Shown: positions 39,765 through 52,460 of the stretch, one piece after another
Position numbering within the stretch: the first letter of the stretch is position 1
Layout of the letters: each line of letters opens with the position of its first letter
Origin: Camelus dromedarius
Taxonomy: Eukaryota
Direction: 5' to 3'
DNA length: 64,000 nt
NCBI RefSeq assembly: GCF_036321535.1
Contig: NC_087437.1
Coordinates: 77,314,001-77,378,000, forward strand
Position numbers and translations under genes: made by a program
Notes under the pieces: model-generated
The model's database searches: none
The model's input: the letters and a program-made list of their open reading frames with translations, nothing else
Told to the model about the DNA's origin: nothing

Positions 39765-40354
39765 GCCTTAGTCATGAGTTTAGGTGCCTTCAGTTCTAAG
39801 AATTTCAGAAACAAAAATCAGACCTAGGTGCTCTTAAACTCTTGACCTTGCTGCCCTCTTCAAGGTGAGTGTCTGCAGCAAGGTCACTTGACGCCATGCC
39901 CGACCCCTCTCTTTTCAGCTTGCTCTGCACTGGTTGCCAGCCATGTGTCCTCCAGGGGCCGGTACCAGTGCCCTCATGAGACAAGCTGATGTAAAGCAAT
40001 AACATTCACAAGGCCAACATGAAGCCAGCTTTTGGCTCCTGAAGTGGCAGCTAAAGCCTCAAAGTGCCAGCTGCTATTGTAGGCATTTTTTTAAATGATG
40101 AGAACAGAGAACAAGAGGTGACAGGCAAAGCAAGTAGAGACTTGTATATTTGGCTCTAAAAGAAAAAAGAAATAAGCAAAGAATATATCTTGGTCAGAGA
40201 AAAATGTTCTGAAAGAATATAGTGCAGCCTGCAATAGCTGTTTCCATAAAATAAACTGTAATTACACAATAGAGAAGAGACCTGTTATTGAATCAAAGGG
40301 ATTTAGAGCAAGACTATGGCTAAAATTTAAAGTCTGTGTACACAAACAAGTAAA

Positions 40355-40620
40355 ATAAATCAATCTTATTAACAAAACAGATATTTACATCCCAAGTATA
40401 AAGCACTGACTTCTGCCTCAGCTGGAGGAATTATAAGTCAGTAATGGATCTTATAAATCAAGTGCATGAACCATTCACCGTTTCCTGAGAGTATAAATCA
40501 GTCATGGTCTCAAAGCAGTTGCATGACTTGGAAACAACTCCTTGGATGAATAAATCAGTCACTTCCAGATATGTGACTAAGTGACGTGACCCACACATCA
40601 CGTGACTAGGTACTCGTGCT
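40355..40620. promoter_or_regulatory. Candidate enhancer: 4x ATAAATCA (TGATTTAT, PBX-HOX-like) plus a GTGAC cluster and TCACGTGAC
   Basis: Exact ATAAATCA at 40355, 40453, 40493 and 40550; ATAAGTCA at 40433; 'gtgacgtgac' and 'tcacgtgac' within 40583-40610. Function is inferred only. Confidence 0.4.
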
Positions 40621-41104
40621 TCATCCATCAGGAACTTTTATTTATCATTGAACATTTTAAAACACTTACTGTGAACAGTTTACTAAATACCAGTTCCAAA
40701 TTCCCATAGTACTGCAAGAGGATATGTGTAAGAAATGCAAAACGTTACCTGTGCCAAATAGTGGTTTTCACCAAACAGCAAATTGATAACGTTTGCCAGG
40801 GTTTGCTGGTACTTGTGCTTGTAGTAACACCTCATTGGCTATATGGAATATGCAGGCGCATACAGCTAACTCATCCACAGTCATATCTTTCACACCATGT
40901 CTGATTATGTGGCTATAAATGCATCAACTGTTGGAAAACTATTTGTTTCCTTTGGAGAATGTTTTTGCAAGTAGGTAAAAAAATGTAATTGTAATTAAAA
41001 ATAAATGAATAAAAATAAATATTAACCAGGATAGCCACGAGACTACATGGTAATGTCCCATGTGCACATGTAAATTTTACTAAGATAATCATGTTTTGGG
41101 GTTT

Positions 41105-41240
41105 CTTAGCATTTTATACATTTATAATTTCACTTACAATTGTTACACTCATTAACACCATTTTTTAAATGAGGAAAATATGTATGATAATTATAATCCA
41201 AGGTCACATGTCCAACCCAACTAGGAGTCAGGTTTCCTAT
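41105..41240 (-). mobile_element. MIR fragment
   Basis: 'ccattttttaaatgaggaaaat...ccaaggtcacat' is the antisense MIR core. Confidence 0.5.
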
Positions 41241-43049
41241 CTTCTGTTTCTGTATTCTTTCTGTTTCACCATGTCCCCTTTCATACATTTTTCTGTCATT
41301 GGAAGGGCATAGATAATTTTTAATCTTTTTTTGAATATGTAAAATGACTAAATTAAGCTTAAAGTTTACCAATTTAGGCTTACTTCTACAGGCTTAGTGA
41401 GGTCACCCACATTTTAAAACACTTACCAACTGCTGGTTTTTAATGGTATAATAATCATAAAATATTTATTCATACACCATTACACATCCGACATGAGCTG
41501 AAGCTTGGATTTTATGTTTGTGATAACAAATGCCATTTTGCTGTATAGATTCCTTCTGAGCCATTACAAGTTCAATGACTTTTGTCATTGAACTAACACT
41601 ACCATTGAATGGCAGAATTTCATACATCTTCTAACTATAATTCACCTGACTGCATAATCACAAGCTACTGATAATTTAAAATCTATTCAAATGTGTCTAC
41701 ACATATTATCTGAAGATCAGGCACTCTCCAAGAAATGTCAGGCCACTCACTGACTTTATTCCTGTGACTTAATGTGGGTGAAGGTTCAAATGCTTCTATT
41801 TCTCATTATCAAACAGGTAGCTTATATAAAAGCAATTCAGAGTCTAACAAGGGAATCCGACTTTCCACCTTCATAAAGAGTACAATATTCAATGTACACC
41901 ATGAAAAACACTAATTAGGAATCATTTTTACTTATTGGCTTAAGCATTAGTTTGACTTTTACTTTAAAAGTTGATTATAATCTCAGAATTTTTGTTATTA
42001 GAACTGTTGTAATCAGCTTGCAGACTGTTTTGGCAACTTTTTTCCTTCTTGTGTCAGTTATCTCTGAGGAAGGATAAAGTGAAAACTGTACTACGGAATT
42101 CAAAATACCAACTCCAAAGGATGGCATTTGGAGTTACACTCTTTTTGTGTCACTGCTTAGTAATTCACTAAAGAATGATAATGACATGTCCATCACATCT
42201 CTGGAGGGACAGAAATCACACAATCATTAAATCTTGCTTGGTTAACATAATTATGTAAGATTCAGCATTATTCCAGTTTATCAACAAAGTGAATCACTTG
42301 AGAACTACATGGACAATGTGATCTAAGGGAAGGTTGCTGGTTGGGAAGACAAGTGAATTCTATGTCAAATTCAGGTGGTTTGTTCATGGTCTTGGTCATG
42401 TCAGTAATTCACATCTGGTTTTAGTTTCTCTGTCTTTAAAGATTCCCCCTTTGTGGTTCGTGAGAATATTGTGAACAAACATTAATAAAATGGATGTGTT
42501 CTGAGTTCATCAGATAAGAGGTACTATATAAGTCAAAAAGTGTGTGATTGAGTCATGACAGGTTCGGGGATTCAAGATCGCATTTGGTGTACCTATTCAG
42601 GGGAAAATAATTCATTTTAAGAGTTTGGAATTCATTGCTTTTAAGATCTTTTGGAAAATCATGTTACTCACTTCACACCTGCCCCATGTGTGTAGTTTTG
42701 CATTCCTCTTTTAATCCTACTGTTCTTTTCTTAGTAGTGAATACATATATCTCATCTTTATCTTTGTTAAATTTTATTCAGTAAATTCAATTCTCTAATA
42801 TGGTGATCATGATTACAGGACTTCTTTCGAAGTTCTTAGCTTTGATGAACTTCATGGAGAACTTCTACCCCAAGCTGAAACATCTTGGACCATTCCATTG
42901 TGCTATGCATGTATAAATACTCAATAAGCAGCAGCAAAGTCATCAATTAAATGTAATGTTAAGTTGAAGGCTTTTTAAACAATATTATTAATAAAAATTT
43001 TAATATCAGTAAGTTCATCTTCAGGTGAAATGTCATCAACCTAGCTTAC

Positions 43050-43399
43050 TTCAGTGTATCTAGGAATTCCAGCACCTATGGCAAGATTGTTATTCCTTAG
43101 GTCTCTGTCCCCTCCTCCACCCTCCAAGAAACAGACTACAAAATAATCTTCATTTACCACCCAGTCTGCACAGCCCTTCCTGTCCATCTGGATGTCAGAT
43201 GGAAGCACAGAGATCCATGGCACTTTGAAATAGCTGAGGTGATCTGGGTAGCGTTTCGTAATACAATTTACAAAACCATGTTCTAATATCCACGTCTCTG
43301 TTTGAACTCTTGCTAAGTGGATAATGGGGGCCACATTTTCCTCCACAGTCACTGTTTCCACATCTCCTAACTCATTATTCTTTAAGCACTCTGAGATAG
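43050..43399 (-). CDS. Candidate orphan coding exon (350 nt, open frame), product unknown
   Basis: Acceptor 'aattctattctag|CT', donor 'GAA|gtaagc', and a stop-free frame AISECLK...GIPRYTE inside the 141-aa ORF. No homology recognised and no partner exons found. Confidence 0.2.
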
Positions 43400-43754
43400 C
43401 TAGAATAGAATTAAATTTTAGGCAATGCTCTTCATTGTCCAACAAAGTACATTGCAGAATCATCATCTTTAAGCCCTTGACCTTTTCCCAACAGAAACAT
43501 TTCCCTTGCCTACACTGAGTCAGCCTATGCTTTCATACAGAATTTGTTTTTCTTGGAAAGGCTGCTCAAGGCAAAGAGGAAAAGGGGAACTGGAGAAAAA
43601 GAGAAAAAATGGAAAATCAAGCAAGGCAGCATAGCTCCAAGAAAATCCTTAGAAGAATAAAGGAGAAATGAACCTGACAGTCTTAAAAATGTGAAAGGTA
43701 TCTATTAGATATCTTCCCAGAATAGTATCAGTTAATGCCTTGAGAAAAGTTGGG

Positions 43755-44131
43755 TAGAATTCCTGAATAGACACCGGTAGCACTGCTCCAGTCCTCCTTG
43801 CTCTGGGTTCATTACCAGATTGTGATTCCTGACTGTTTATGATTGTCTGGGGCCATGTAACTAGTCTGCCAAATGATGAGTGAGCAAAAATGAAGTGTAT
43901 TACTTCTGGGCTACAGTGAGACTCTCCAGAGTGGTCTGTTCCCTCTGGTACAATAGGTAATATTCAGAATGTTGACTGTTCACCTGTGTAACTTAGTACC
44001 AAAGATGAGTACCTGGCCATGTGCAACTGTCAGGTGGCATGGGCAAGAAATAAACCTTTATGAATTTAAGGCACTGAGATATGGGGTGTTGTTTTATGGC
44101 AGCATAACCCACACTATTCTGACTATTACAA
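43755..44131 (+). mobile_element. MLT1I-like MaLR solo LTR
   Basis: 'agtgagactctccagag' and the 3' end 'aaataaaccttt...cactgagatatgggg...cagcataacc...ctgactattaca'. Confidence 0.8.
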
Positions 44132-44134
44132 ATA

Positions 44135-46900
44135 CCAACTTTGTTAAGAGTTAAAGGATAGTCCTCAGCAAGAATTTCCAATACTTTAAGCAACTTTTAA
44201 CCTGTATTTACTCTAGTTCTTAGACCTTGATTTGATGTTAAATAAAGTGATGGCATAGACCCATGAAATAATGCTCATTAGATTTATGGAGATGATATGA
44301 ATTATTCTCATAGTAATTTATTGAATGCTTTGTAGTTTTCAACAGATCTATTCAGCAGTTCTAGCCATTAGCAGAATGTGAATCAATTCCAGGATGAGAA
44401 AGGTCTACCCCCTATATAATGAAACAAGTTCACCTGCTCCCAGGTAGCTGGTTGTTTCCCTTCAGTGTGCTGCTATATCAGGGCCTCACCCTTGTTCTCT
44501 CTTAGTGCCATATTCAGTACACCATGATGTAAGAAGTCAGATAAAAACTTCAGTGGGAGGAGATGCTGAGACCCTGTCATTATGTCCACTTTACTCGTGA
44601 GTCCAATGGACATAAACTGGAATGGTTGAAGAAAGACACTGACATCTACAGTGTGGATCATATGGTCTCCCTGAATGACAGCGCTTAGAAGAGGGGGCCA
44701 TTGACGATCATTTACGTGGAAAACAAATAATGTTCCATTATGGTCCCATTTCAAGAGATCCATTCACATATCTCCTCCCCAAAGTTCTTTGTCACCAATG
44801 TTATAACTTTCTCTTCATATCCCTGACCATCTGGCCAAAGAAATTCTTCCCTGTTAACGAATCACCATAGACCTACATTTCTGATAATCTCTCCAGTTGC
44901 AAAGCTTTCCACTTTGACTTTCCTAACATAGATAAATTTTGTTTCCCTCTGGTAAAACAGATCAAGTAGGGAGTTAATGGGCTGCTCATCTACTTCAGTT
45001 CTAGAAATGCCATGTACAATTAGTTATTGCCAGAAATACATGCAGATCAAAGCACTTTCATTACCAACGTGACTCTGCTGCCTATTAGAGTAACTATTAT
45101 AATCTTGTCCCTTCTCATTAAGTGCTGCTACCCAGCCTCTGTCACCCAGGGATTTCATAACCCCAGTGAAACCAGAGAGCCTGTTTCAATGTCACCATTT
45201 CCAATTTTCATCTATGGCCTACAGAGAACAGACACTACAGGACTTTGGCTAATGTGTTTATCTACACTGACATAATTCTCAATTCTGTGGTGAAGAGTAA
45301 GTATAATCTCTGTCTTCCTCTCAGAAGACAGTCTTAGGGGATGACTGAACCAGTTGCCTAATAAGAATAATCCATTTCAGCAGTCTTATTTCCCTAAGAC
45401 TTTGGATTTTTTTTTCTACATTATACTAAGGAAATTCTGACATCCCAGTTTCACTAATGACAGGCCAATATTAAGTCCAGTTTTTAATCAACTCACTGAG
45501 AAGCCATTTAAAATCACTCCCAGCTGCTCAAACTAGAAGTCTAAATCAAGAAATAGTGAAGTAAGCTCTAGTTATATAAATCCATATTGACAATATCAAG
45601 CCTATCTTAAAATGGTATCTTTGCCATCCTTGTCTAGAATCTCAGAATCCATTCCTCAGATTCTTCTTTTACACTTTAACACAATCTTGCATATTTTGAT
45701 GTGACAGTCTTATTTCTCCTGGTTTACTTTGTAATTGGCTCCCTGGGGCATACTGGAACCTGGCTCCATTTGCAGACCTTGAGGCAAAGAATGGAAGTAG
45801 ATATATTCAAATGAGAAGAACTTGCATCCCCTTGCAGGATAACAATTTCATGTAAGGCATTTACTGGGCCATCATGCAAGAAAGAACTAGACACAAGAGC
45901 CAGAGAAGGAGAGGTTGCTTCTGCTGGCACAGGATGCAAATTAGATTTGGGGTGTTCAAGAAACTCACAGTTATCCAGTTCACCAAACATCACTGAGCAA
46001 CAATCCAAGGCCTCCTCATTTTCAACGATTGCCTTAAGTTTCACTCGAGACAGGGTACAGCTGTGAATTCTACCGACTGTACAATTTAGCTCTCCTGGTG
46101 TAGTGAATTTAAGGGATTTTGGCTGATCAAAACAAAAACAAAAACAAAACATGACAATGAGATGGTGGTAGCACACAGTGAGCTTTATCTGGGCAACAGG
46201 TGGACAGTCAGTCCCTCATGGCATGAAACCATCCAGAGGTTATGGCCCAGGGACCACTATTTCAAAATAGGAGGGTAGGGGAACTTCAAGGGGAAAAAGA
46301 GATCAAAGAAGTGGTCTTGTCTGTTTAGGTAATGTTACTTAAAAGCCCAACAAGGAGTCTGGGTCAGAGGGCTTTGAAAGGCATCTTTTATACCTACAGG
46401 ACTTACCTGTGACTAGAAGACGTTGGATGCATTTCATGGGTGTGGAAAGCAGGCAGGCTCTCAGTAGCTAAAATATGCTTATTTGGGCTATGATTAAAAC
46501 AACCGAAGGTCTGAAAATCTGAGATTGGTAGTGGTGGGCTTTTGAACTATTAGAAGCCAGTCTGCTATAAAAAGGAAACAACACAGGGTCAATATACAGA
46601 GATCATCTTTGGCTCATTTATAAAACACTAGGGAATCAGAAGGCTTCTGTTTTTTATTACTTCAACTCAGCTGATACAAGAGAAAAGATATTACCTTAAA
46701 GCAGTCATATTTTGAGGCATTCAAAGCTCTACAGTGAAGTTAAAATTAGCCATTCCATCCACACAGTATTTTTATACTGGAAACACTATTGATGTATTGA
46801 CCAGTCACTCACTCTATCCAGTTTGTCTTTAATAGGACTTCATTCTGGGATCAACATAAGAGAATTTAAATAACTGTTTTACCACTGGTTTTCATGAGAA
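44135..46900 (-). mobile_element. ERVL/MaLR-type internal remnant: gag, then late RNase H and integrase, with protease/RT absent; interrupted by MER89
   Basis: Minus strand 'attggtgacaaagaactttggggaggagatatgtgaatggatctc' (ERVL RNase H end), 'aaccagctacctgggagcagg' (integrase QPATWWQVD region), 'gaggaatggattctgag' and in-frame SRVKLKAIVENE (ERVL gag STVKVRALIGKE-like). The segment beyond 46627 is weaker. Confidence 0.75.
46099..46627 (-). mobile_element. MER89 ERV1 solo LTR
   Basis: Minus strand 'taaatgagccaaagatgatctctgtatattgaccc...atagcccaaataagc...gagcctgcctgcttt...ttgatcagccaaaatccc...ctaca'. Flanks 'ctgg'/'ctag' resemble a 4-bp TSD. Confidence 0.8.
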
Positions 46901-47324
46901 CATACCCAATTTTTTTTAATGATAGTTGGACCCTAGCCACATAAGATTTGCATTTCTTTGAACATTGAATACCTGTAACCACTTCATGAAGCTATTATTG
47001 TAACACTCAAATTTCACCTACAGGTAGTCAACAGGATTCATTCTAGTTAGTTCAAGCAGAAGATATTGAATAGAGGGAATTATATGAATGCAAAATTGTA
47101 GATTACAGGCTTTGGACGAAGTTCTGAGGAACAAATCTGACCCTCTAGAATCCTGTCACAAGGGCACATGCTACAAAAGATCAAAGACTCAATGCTGTTG
47201 CTGCTCCTGAGTATAAAACCACATCACTTCTGCCATAATCCAGGTCAGAAAAAAAAGGATGCTTCATCCCCTCCCTCTCTTAACATGACACAATTCCTAA
47301 TTAAACTTTTTGGAGATTGAATCG

Positions 47325-50300
47325 CATTCATTTATTCATTCACTTATTCCTAAAACACCTACCATATATTTAGTTACTGCCCAAGATGCTAAGGATGCAG
47401 CAGTGAACAATACAAGTAGATGTCTTTCTTATAGAGATAGGAAATAAACAAATAGAAATTTCTTTGTATACTATGCCATATGGTAACATGTGATTTTGAG
47501 AAAATTAAAGTAGGATAAAAGGAAAGGGTAAATTTTTAAAAAGAGAGAGATTACTATTCTTTATGCCTCAATCAGGGGAAGCTTTAATAATGTATGATAA
47601 TTATGGTAACATTTGAACAGAGACCTGAAAGAATTGTGGGAATAAGCCATAAAGATATCTGGGAGAAGAGGATTCTAGGAAAAGAGAAGAATGTGATCAA
47701 ATGCTCTGAAGGAAGAGCCTGGGGTGTTTAAGAAATGGCAAAGAAGTCCAGTGAGGGAGGGTTGGAGTGAAAAAAAGAGTGAGAGGAAGACCATGAGGTT
47801 AGAGTCAGTGTGAGTTGTCTGGATGTGGTAGTGCCTTTTAAACCATGCTGAGAACTTTAGCTACTCTTCTGCATGAAATATGAAGACATTGGGAGGCTCT
47901 ATGTAAAGGAGTGACATCATTTTTTTTAACGGAAGTATAGTCAGTTTACAATGTTGTGTCAATTTCTGGTGTACAGCATACTGCTTCAGTCACATGTGAA
48001 CATACATATATTTCTTTTCATATTCTTTTTCACCATAAGTTGCTACAAGATATTGAATATAGTTCTCTGTGCTATACAGTAGGACCTTGTTTATATATTT
48101 TATATATAGTAGTTAGTATCTGCAAATCTCAAACTCCCAAATTTATCCCTTCCCATCCCTTTCCCCACTTGGTAACCATAAATTTGTTTTCTATGTCTGA
48201 GAGTCTATTTCTGCTTTGTAAATTGAGAGTCTATTTCTGTTTTGTAAATAAGTTCCATTTGTCTTTTTTTAGATTCCACATATAAGTGATTACCATATGG
48301 TATTTTTCTTTCTCTTTCTGGCTCACTTCACTTAGAATGACAATCTCCAGGTCAATCCATGTTGCTGCAAATAGCATTATTTTATTCTTTTTGATGGCTG
48401 AGTAGTATTTCGTTGTATAAATAGTCTACAACTTCTTTATCCAGTTATCTGTTGATGGACATTTAGGTTGTTTCCACATCTTGGCTATTGTAAATAGTGC
48501 TGCTATGAACATTGGGGTGCATGTATCTTTTTGAATTAGAGTTCCCTCTGGATATATGCCCAGGAGTGGGATTGCTGGATCATATGGTAAGGATAGCTGC
48601 ACCAAACTACCTTTCCACCAACAGTGTCGGAGGCTTCCCTTTTCTCCACACCTTCTCCAGCATTTATCGTTTGTTGACTTTTGAATGATGGCCATTCTGA
48701 CTGTTGTGAGGCGACACTTGATCGTAGTTTTAATTTGCATTTCTCTGATAAGTAGCAATATTGAGCATTTTTTTAATGTTCCTTTTGGCCATCTGTTTAT
48801 TGGAGAATTGCTTGTTTAGGTCTTCTGCCCATTTTTGGATTGGGTTGTTTGGTTTTTTCTTATTAAGTTGAATGAGCTGTTTATATATTCTGGAAATTAG
48901 GCACTTGTCAGTCTCATCTTTTTACAAATATTTTCTCCTATTCCTTAGGTTGTCTTTTTGTTTTGCTCATGGTTTCCTTTGCTGTGCAAAAGCTTGTAAG
49001 TTTAATTAAGTCCCATTTGTTTATTTTTCCTTCTATTTCTATTGCCTGGGTAGACTGCGCTAGGAGAACATTGCTAAGATTTAAGTCAAAGAATGTTTGC
49101 CTATGTTTTCTTCTAAGAGGTTTATAGTGTGTTATGTTTAAGTTTTTAAGCCATTTTGAGTTTGTGTATGGTGTGAGGGAGTATTCTGTGATTTGACAGA
49201 ATTTGAATAATTTCATTCTGGCTGCTCCATGGAGAAGAGATTAGTAGGCTAGTTCTAACTGCACTACAGATCTTTGAATGCCTCTATTCCTTACCTAGGG
49301 AATAGAAGGACAAGTCAAAAGTCTAGGGTAATCCAGTTAAAGGAGTTATAATGCACTGGACTTGGATAGTGGTGATGAAAATAGTAAGGTGTCGGTTTCT
49401 GGATGTATTCTGAAGGTAAAGCCTATAGGATTTGCTGTCAAATGTAAGGGAAACAGATGAATCAAGGATGGCACCAACATTTTTAAACTGATAAACTGAA
49501 AGGATAAAATTGCCATTAATTGAGATGATGAAGACAGGGAGTAGAACATGTTTGGAATAGAGGAAATATTAAGGGTTCCATTTTGATGTGTTAAATTTGA
49601 GAAGCTTAACAGACATCCAGCAGAGATGTTGAGTTAGTGGTTGGATAGGCATTTGGAGTTCAAGGTAGAAAGCGAGATTTAAATGGAATTTATCAACATA
49701 TAGAAGGTATTTAAAGCCATGAACTAGATAATATTACTTAAAAGTACACGTAGATAGAGAAAAGATCCAGTGATTGAACTCCAAGATACTGTGAGGTTTA
49801 TTGGAGGAGAATCTAGCAAATGAGGTGAAGAATGTTACCAAGAGAGTACAATTTTCTGAACATGAAGTAGAGAACATGTTTCAAGAAGAAACAGTATGCT
49901 TTATCAAATGCTATTGACAAGTCAGACAGGAACAGGGAGTTGACCACTAGATACAGCTTTTGAAATCACTGGTGCTCTTGGCAACTGTTTTAGGAGAATT
50001 ATGAGAATGAAATCTTGATTAGAGTAGGTTAAAGGGAGAATGGAAGGAAAGGAAATAGGAACAGCAAATATAGACAACTCTTTCAAAGGGCTGAAAGGCA
50101 TATGGGTTTTTAAACTAGGAGATATTATAGCAGTTTAATATTCTGATGTGATGATTCAGTAAAGAGTAAAAATTTGATAATGCCAGAGATAAAGGAGGGC
50201 AAAAGTAAAAGGATATCATTGAGAAGTCAATGGTCATAGAATGTAAGTGAAATTCATTCAAACTAATAGAAGACAAGAAGAGTATATGGTAGTGGTGTTT

Positions 50301-51080
50301 GGAAAGTCTTATTTGATTGTCTGTATTTTCTTAATGAACTAAGAGTAAGGATGGGAGGGGGAAGAGGTAGTATCATTTGAGGTTTGAGAAAAGAAGGTAT
50401 ATAATATCCCATCTAGGTTAGGAGTAAAGTGAATAGAATAGAGAAATGGAGAATTGCCAGGCAGCACAAAAAGTACAGTTGAGATTAATGGTCGTAAGTT
50501 AAAATAGGACTAATCAGCATGGTTGTATGACTTTCTGCACCCTATTTTTACTGCTCAGGTGCTGGCAGAGTACAAAGAGAGTTGAATTTAACCACCATGA
50601 GTACTTTGTGAAGCGAATGTGAAAGAGAAATAGAGAATCAAGACAGTTGAAGTCATAAGCAAGGTTGTGCATGGAAAGAGGAACCATGTAATAGGAAAAG
50701 TAAATTGATAGGCTCATTGAATTTTATGTCCCAGTCCTATAGCGCTCTTGCAATTGGGATAATAGAAGCAGCGTGCTATAAATAGAGGAGGTAGTGGACA
50801 GAGGGAAGTGTTTGAAATTAAGACCATAGTTAGTGCAGTTGTGAGTAGTGAAACAATCAAGTATATGACCTTAATAATAGGGGTCTGAGGCAAGGCCAGG
50901 GAGATCATTGCAGGACAGAAGGCCAAGAAACAGCAAAACCAAATACATGAAAAGAGTATCTACATAGATACTGAAATCACTAACAGTTATGAAATGTGTG
51001 GTGTTAGACGGAATAAGAAAGTCAAAAGTGAAAATCTTTATATGATGCCATTAGCCTGTGAGGTCAACAATACGGAAGAG
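47325..51080 (-). mobile_element. Long L2 remnant (47325-47915 and 49190-51080) split by a younger L1
   Basis: Tail 'cattcatttattcattcac'. 'ggagtgacat' before the L1 and 'tcattctggctgctccatggaga' after it are adjacent in the L2 consensus. Purine-rich antisense L2 body. Confidence 0.75.
47921..49185 (-). mobile_element. Lineage-specific L1 3' part with ORF2 C-terminal remnant and internal deletions
   Basis: ORF 48426-48758 reads [55 protein letters not shown], the L1 ORF2 C-terminus. Confidence 0.95.
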
Positions 51081-51371
51081 TTTGAGTGGGTGTGGTATTT
51101 TGAAAAATGGAATCCCAAAACTGGAGATGAAAACCTCCAAAGAACTGACAAAAAATAATTTTAAGTTTTCCATCCTCTGTGCACTGGAATAGGGTGGGAA
51201 CAAATGTTGAGTGTGCCAGTCCAAATGTTCACCACAAATCTCATTAAATGATATGCAAAATTCTGTGTACAGGTCTGTATTTCTTTTAGAGAGTATAGAT
51301 TTATAGCCTTACTCATAATCACAGTGAGTCCACGATCCAGAAACTTTTACAGGCACTTATAAATGTTAAAT

Positions 51372-52460
51372 TCAATTAAATATTTATTGGGCATCTATTT
51401 GCCAAGTACTGTTCTTGGAATTGAGACCTAAAGATATGTAAGGCAGAATCTTTATCATAAAGTTTCTTAGACTCTGGTTCTTATGGGGTAGGAGTGAGGA
51501 TATTTGAGAGGGGGAAAATCCGTATTGCAAGATTAATTTGAATGACTGCTAAGGGGAGCAAAAGGGGTATTCTATAGGATTATAAGTGAAAAAGTTATTC
51601 TTGTGACTAGATGGTTCAGAGAAGCCATAAAGAAATCAGGAAACTTGAATTGGACCTTAAAGAGTAAAGACGTTTCTAAAAATAAAGGGAAGAAGAACCA
51701 GGCTCCAGAAATGACATTTAAAAAGTCATAGTCTTAGAATTTCATTATCTCCTCTGGGATGACAATAAACTTATTATTATTGAATCTTAGAGTTCATGAA
51801 AGGATGCATCAGAAGATGAGTTTCCTTTTGGATTATTTCAGAAAATGTTTGGAATATGACATGAGAGTGTACAGACTTCTGTAGACAGCAAGAAACCACT
51901 GAAGATTGCTTGAAACTACAAGAGACACATAACATGATCCAACCTGTGACTTAGGAAAAAATATATTTCAATAACAATGCAAAGGATGAATTAGAAAGTC
52001 AGGAGATTAGAAGCAGGGAGAGATTTTTAGATGACTGATACCATGATCTAGACAAAAAATGTGAAGCTTAAATTAGTATAAAAGCCATGAGGAGTAGACA
52101 AAAGGACATACTCATTAAAAAAATAAAACAGAATAGAATCTATAATACTTAGCTACTGATGCACTTGCTTGGGTTAGAAGGGGTATAGACGGTTGAAGAA
52201 AAAGGAAGAATGAAAGATGATTAGTATTTATAGATTTTGAAACGAGGTCCCTGGTAGTGCCATTAGCAGAGAAGAGACTCAGCATGGGAGAGACTTTCAG
52301 TGGATGCTAAGAATTACTGTGTTCAATCTCAGTCATTGTGTTAGTAGGAAATTCAGGTTTGGAGTTGAGGAGGAATTGGGGCTAAACATACAGATTTAGA
52401 AGTGCTTATCTTTGAAGTGATGTTAAAATCATTTATTTCTTTGGATAATATAGATGAGGA
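51372..52460 (-). mobile_element. L2 remnant
   Basis: 'ttcaattaaatatttattgggcatctatttgccaagtactgttc' tail and a decayed L2 body. Confidence 0.6.

Noticed and set aside
45724-46176. 150-aa minus-strand ORF as a domesticated gag gene
   Set aside because: It starts inside the MER89 LTR and continues into heavily diverged gag; the neighbouring gag is full of stops. No sign of a complete gene.
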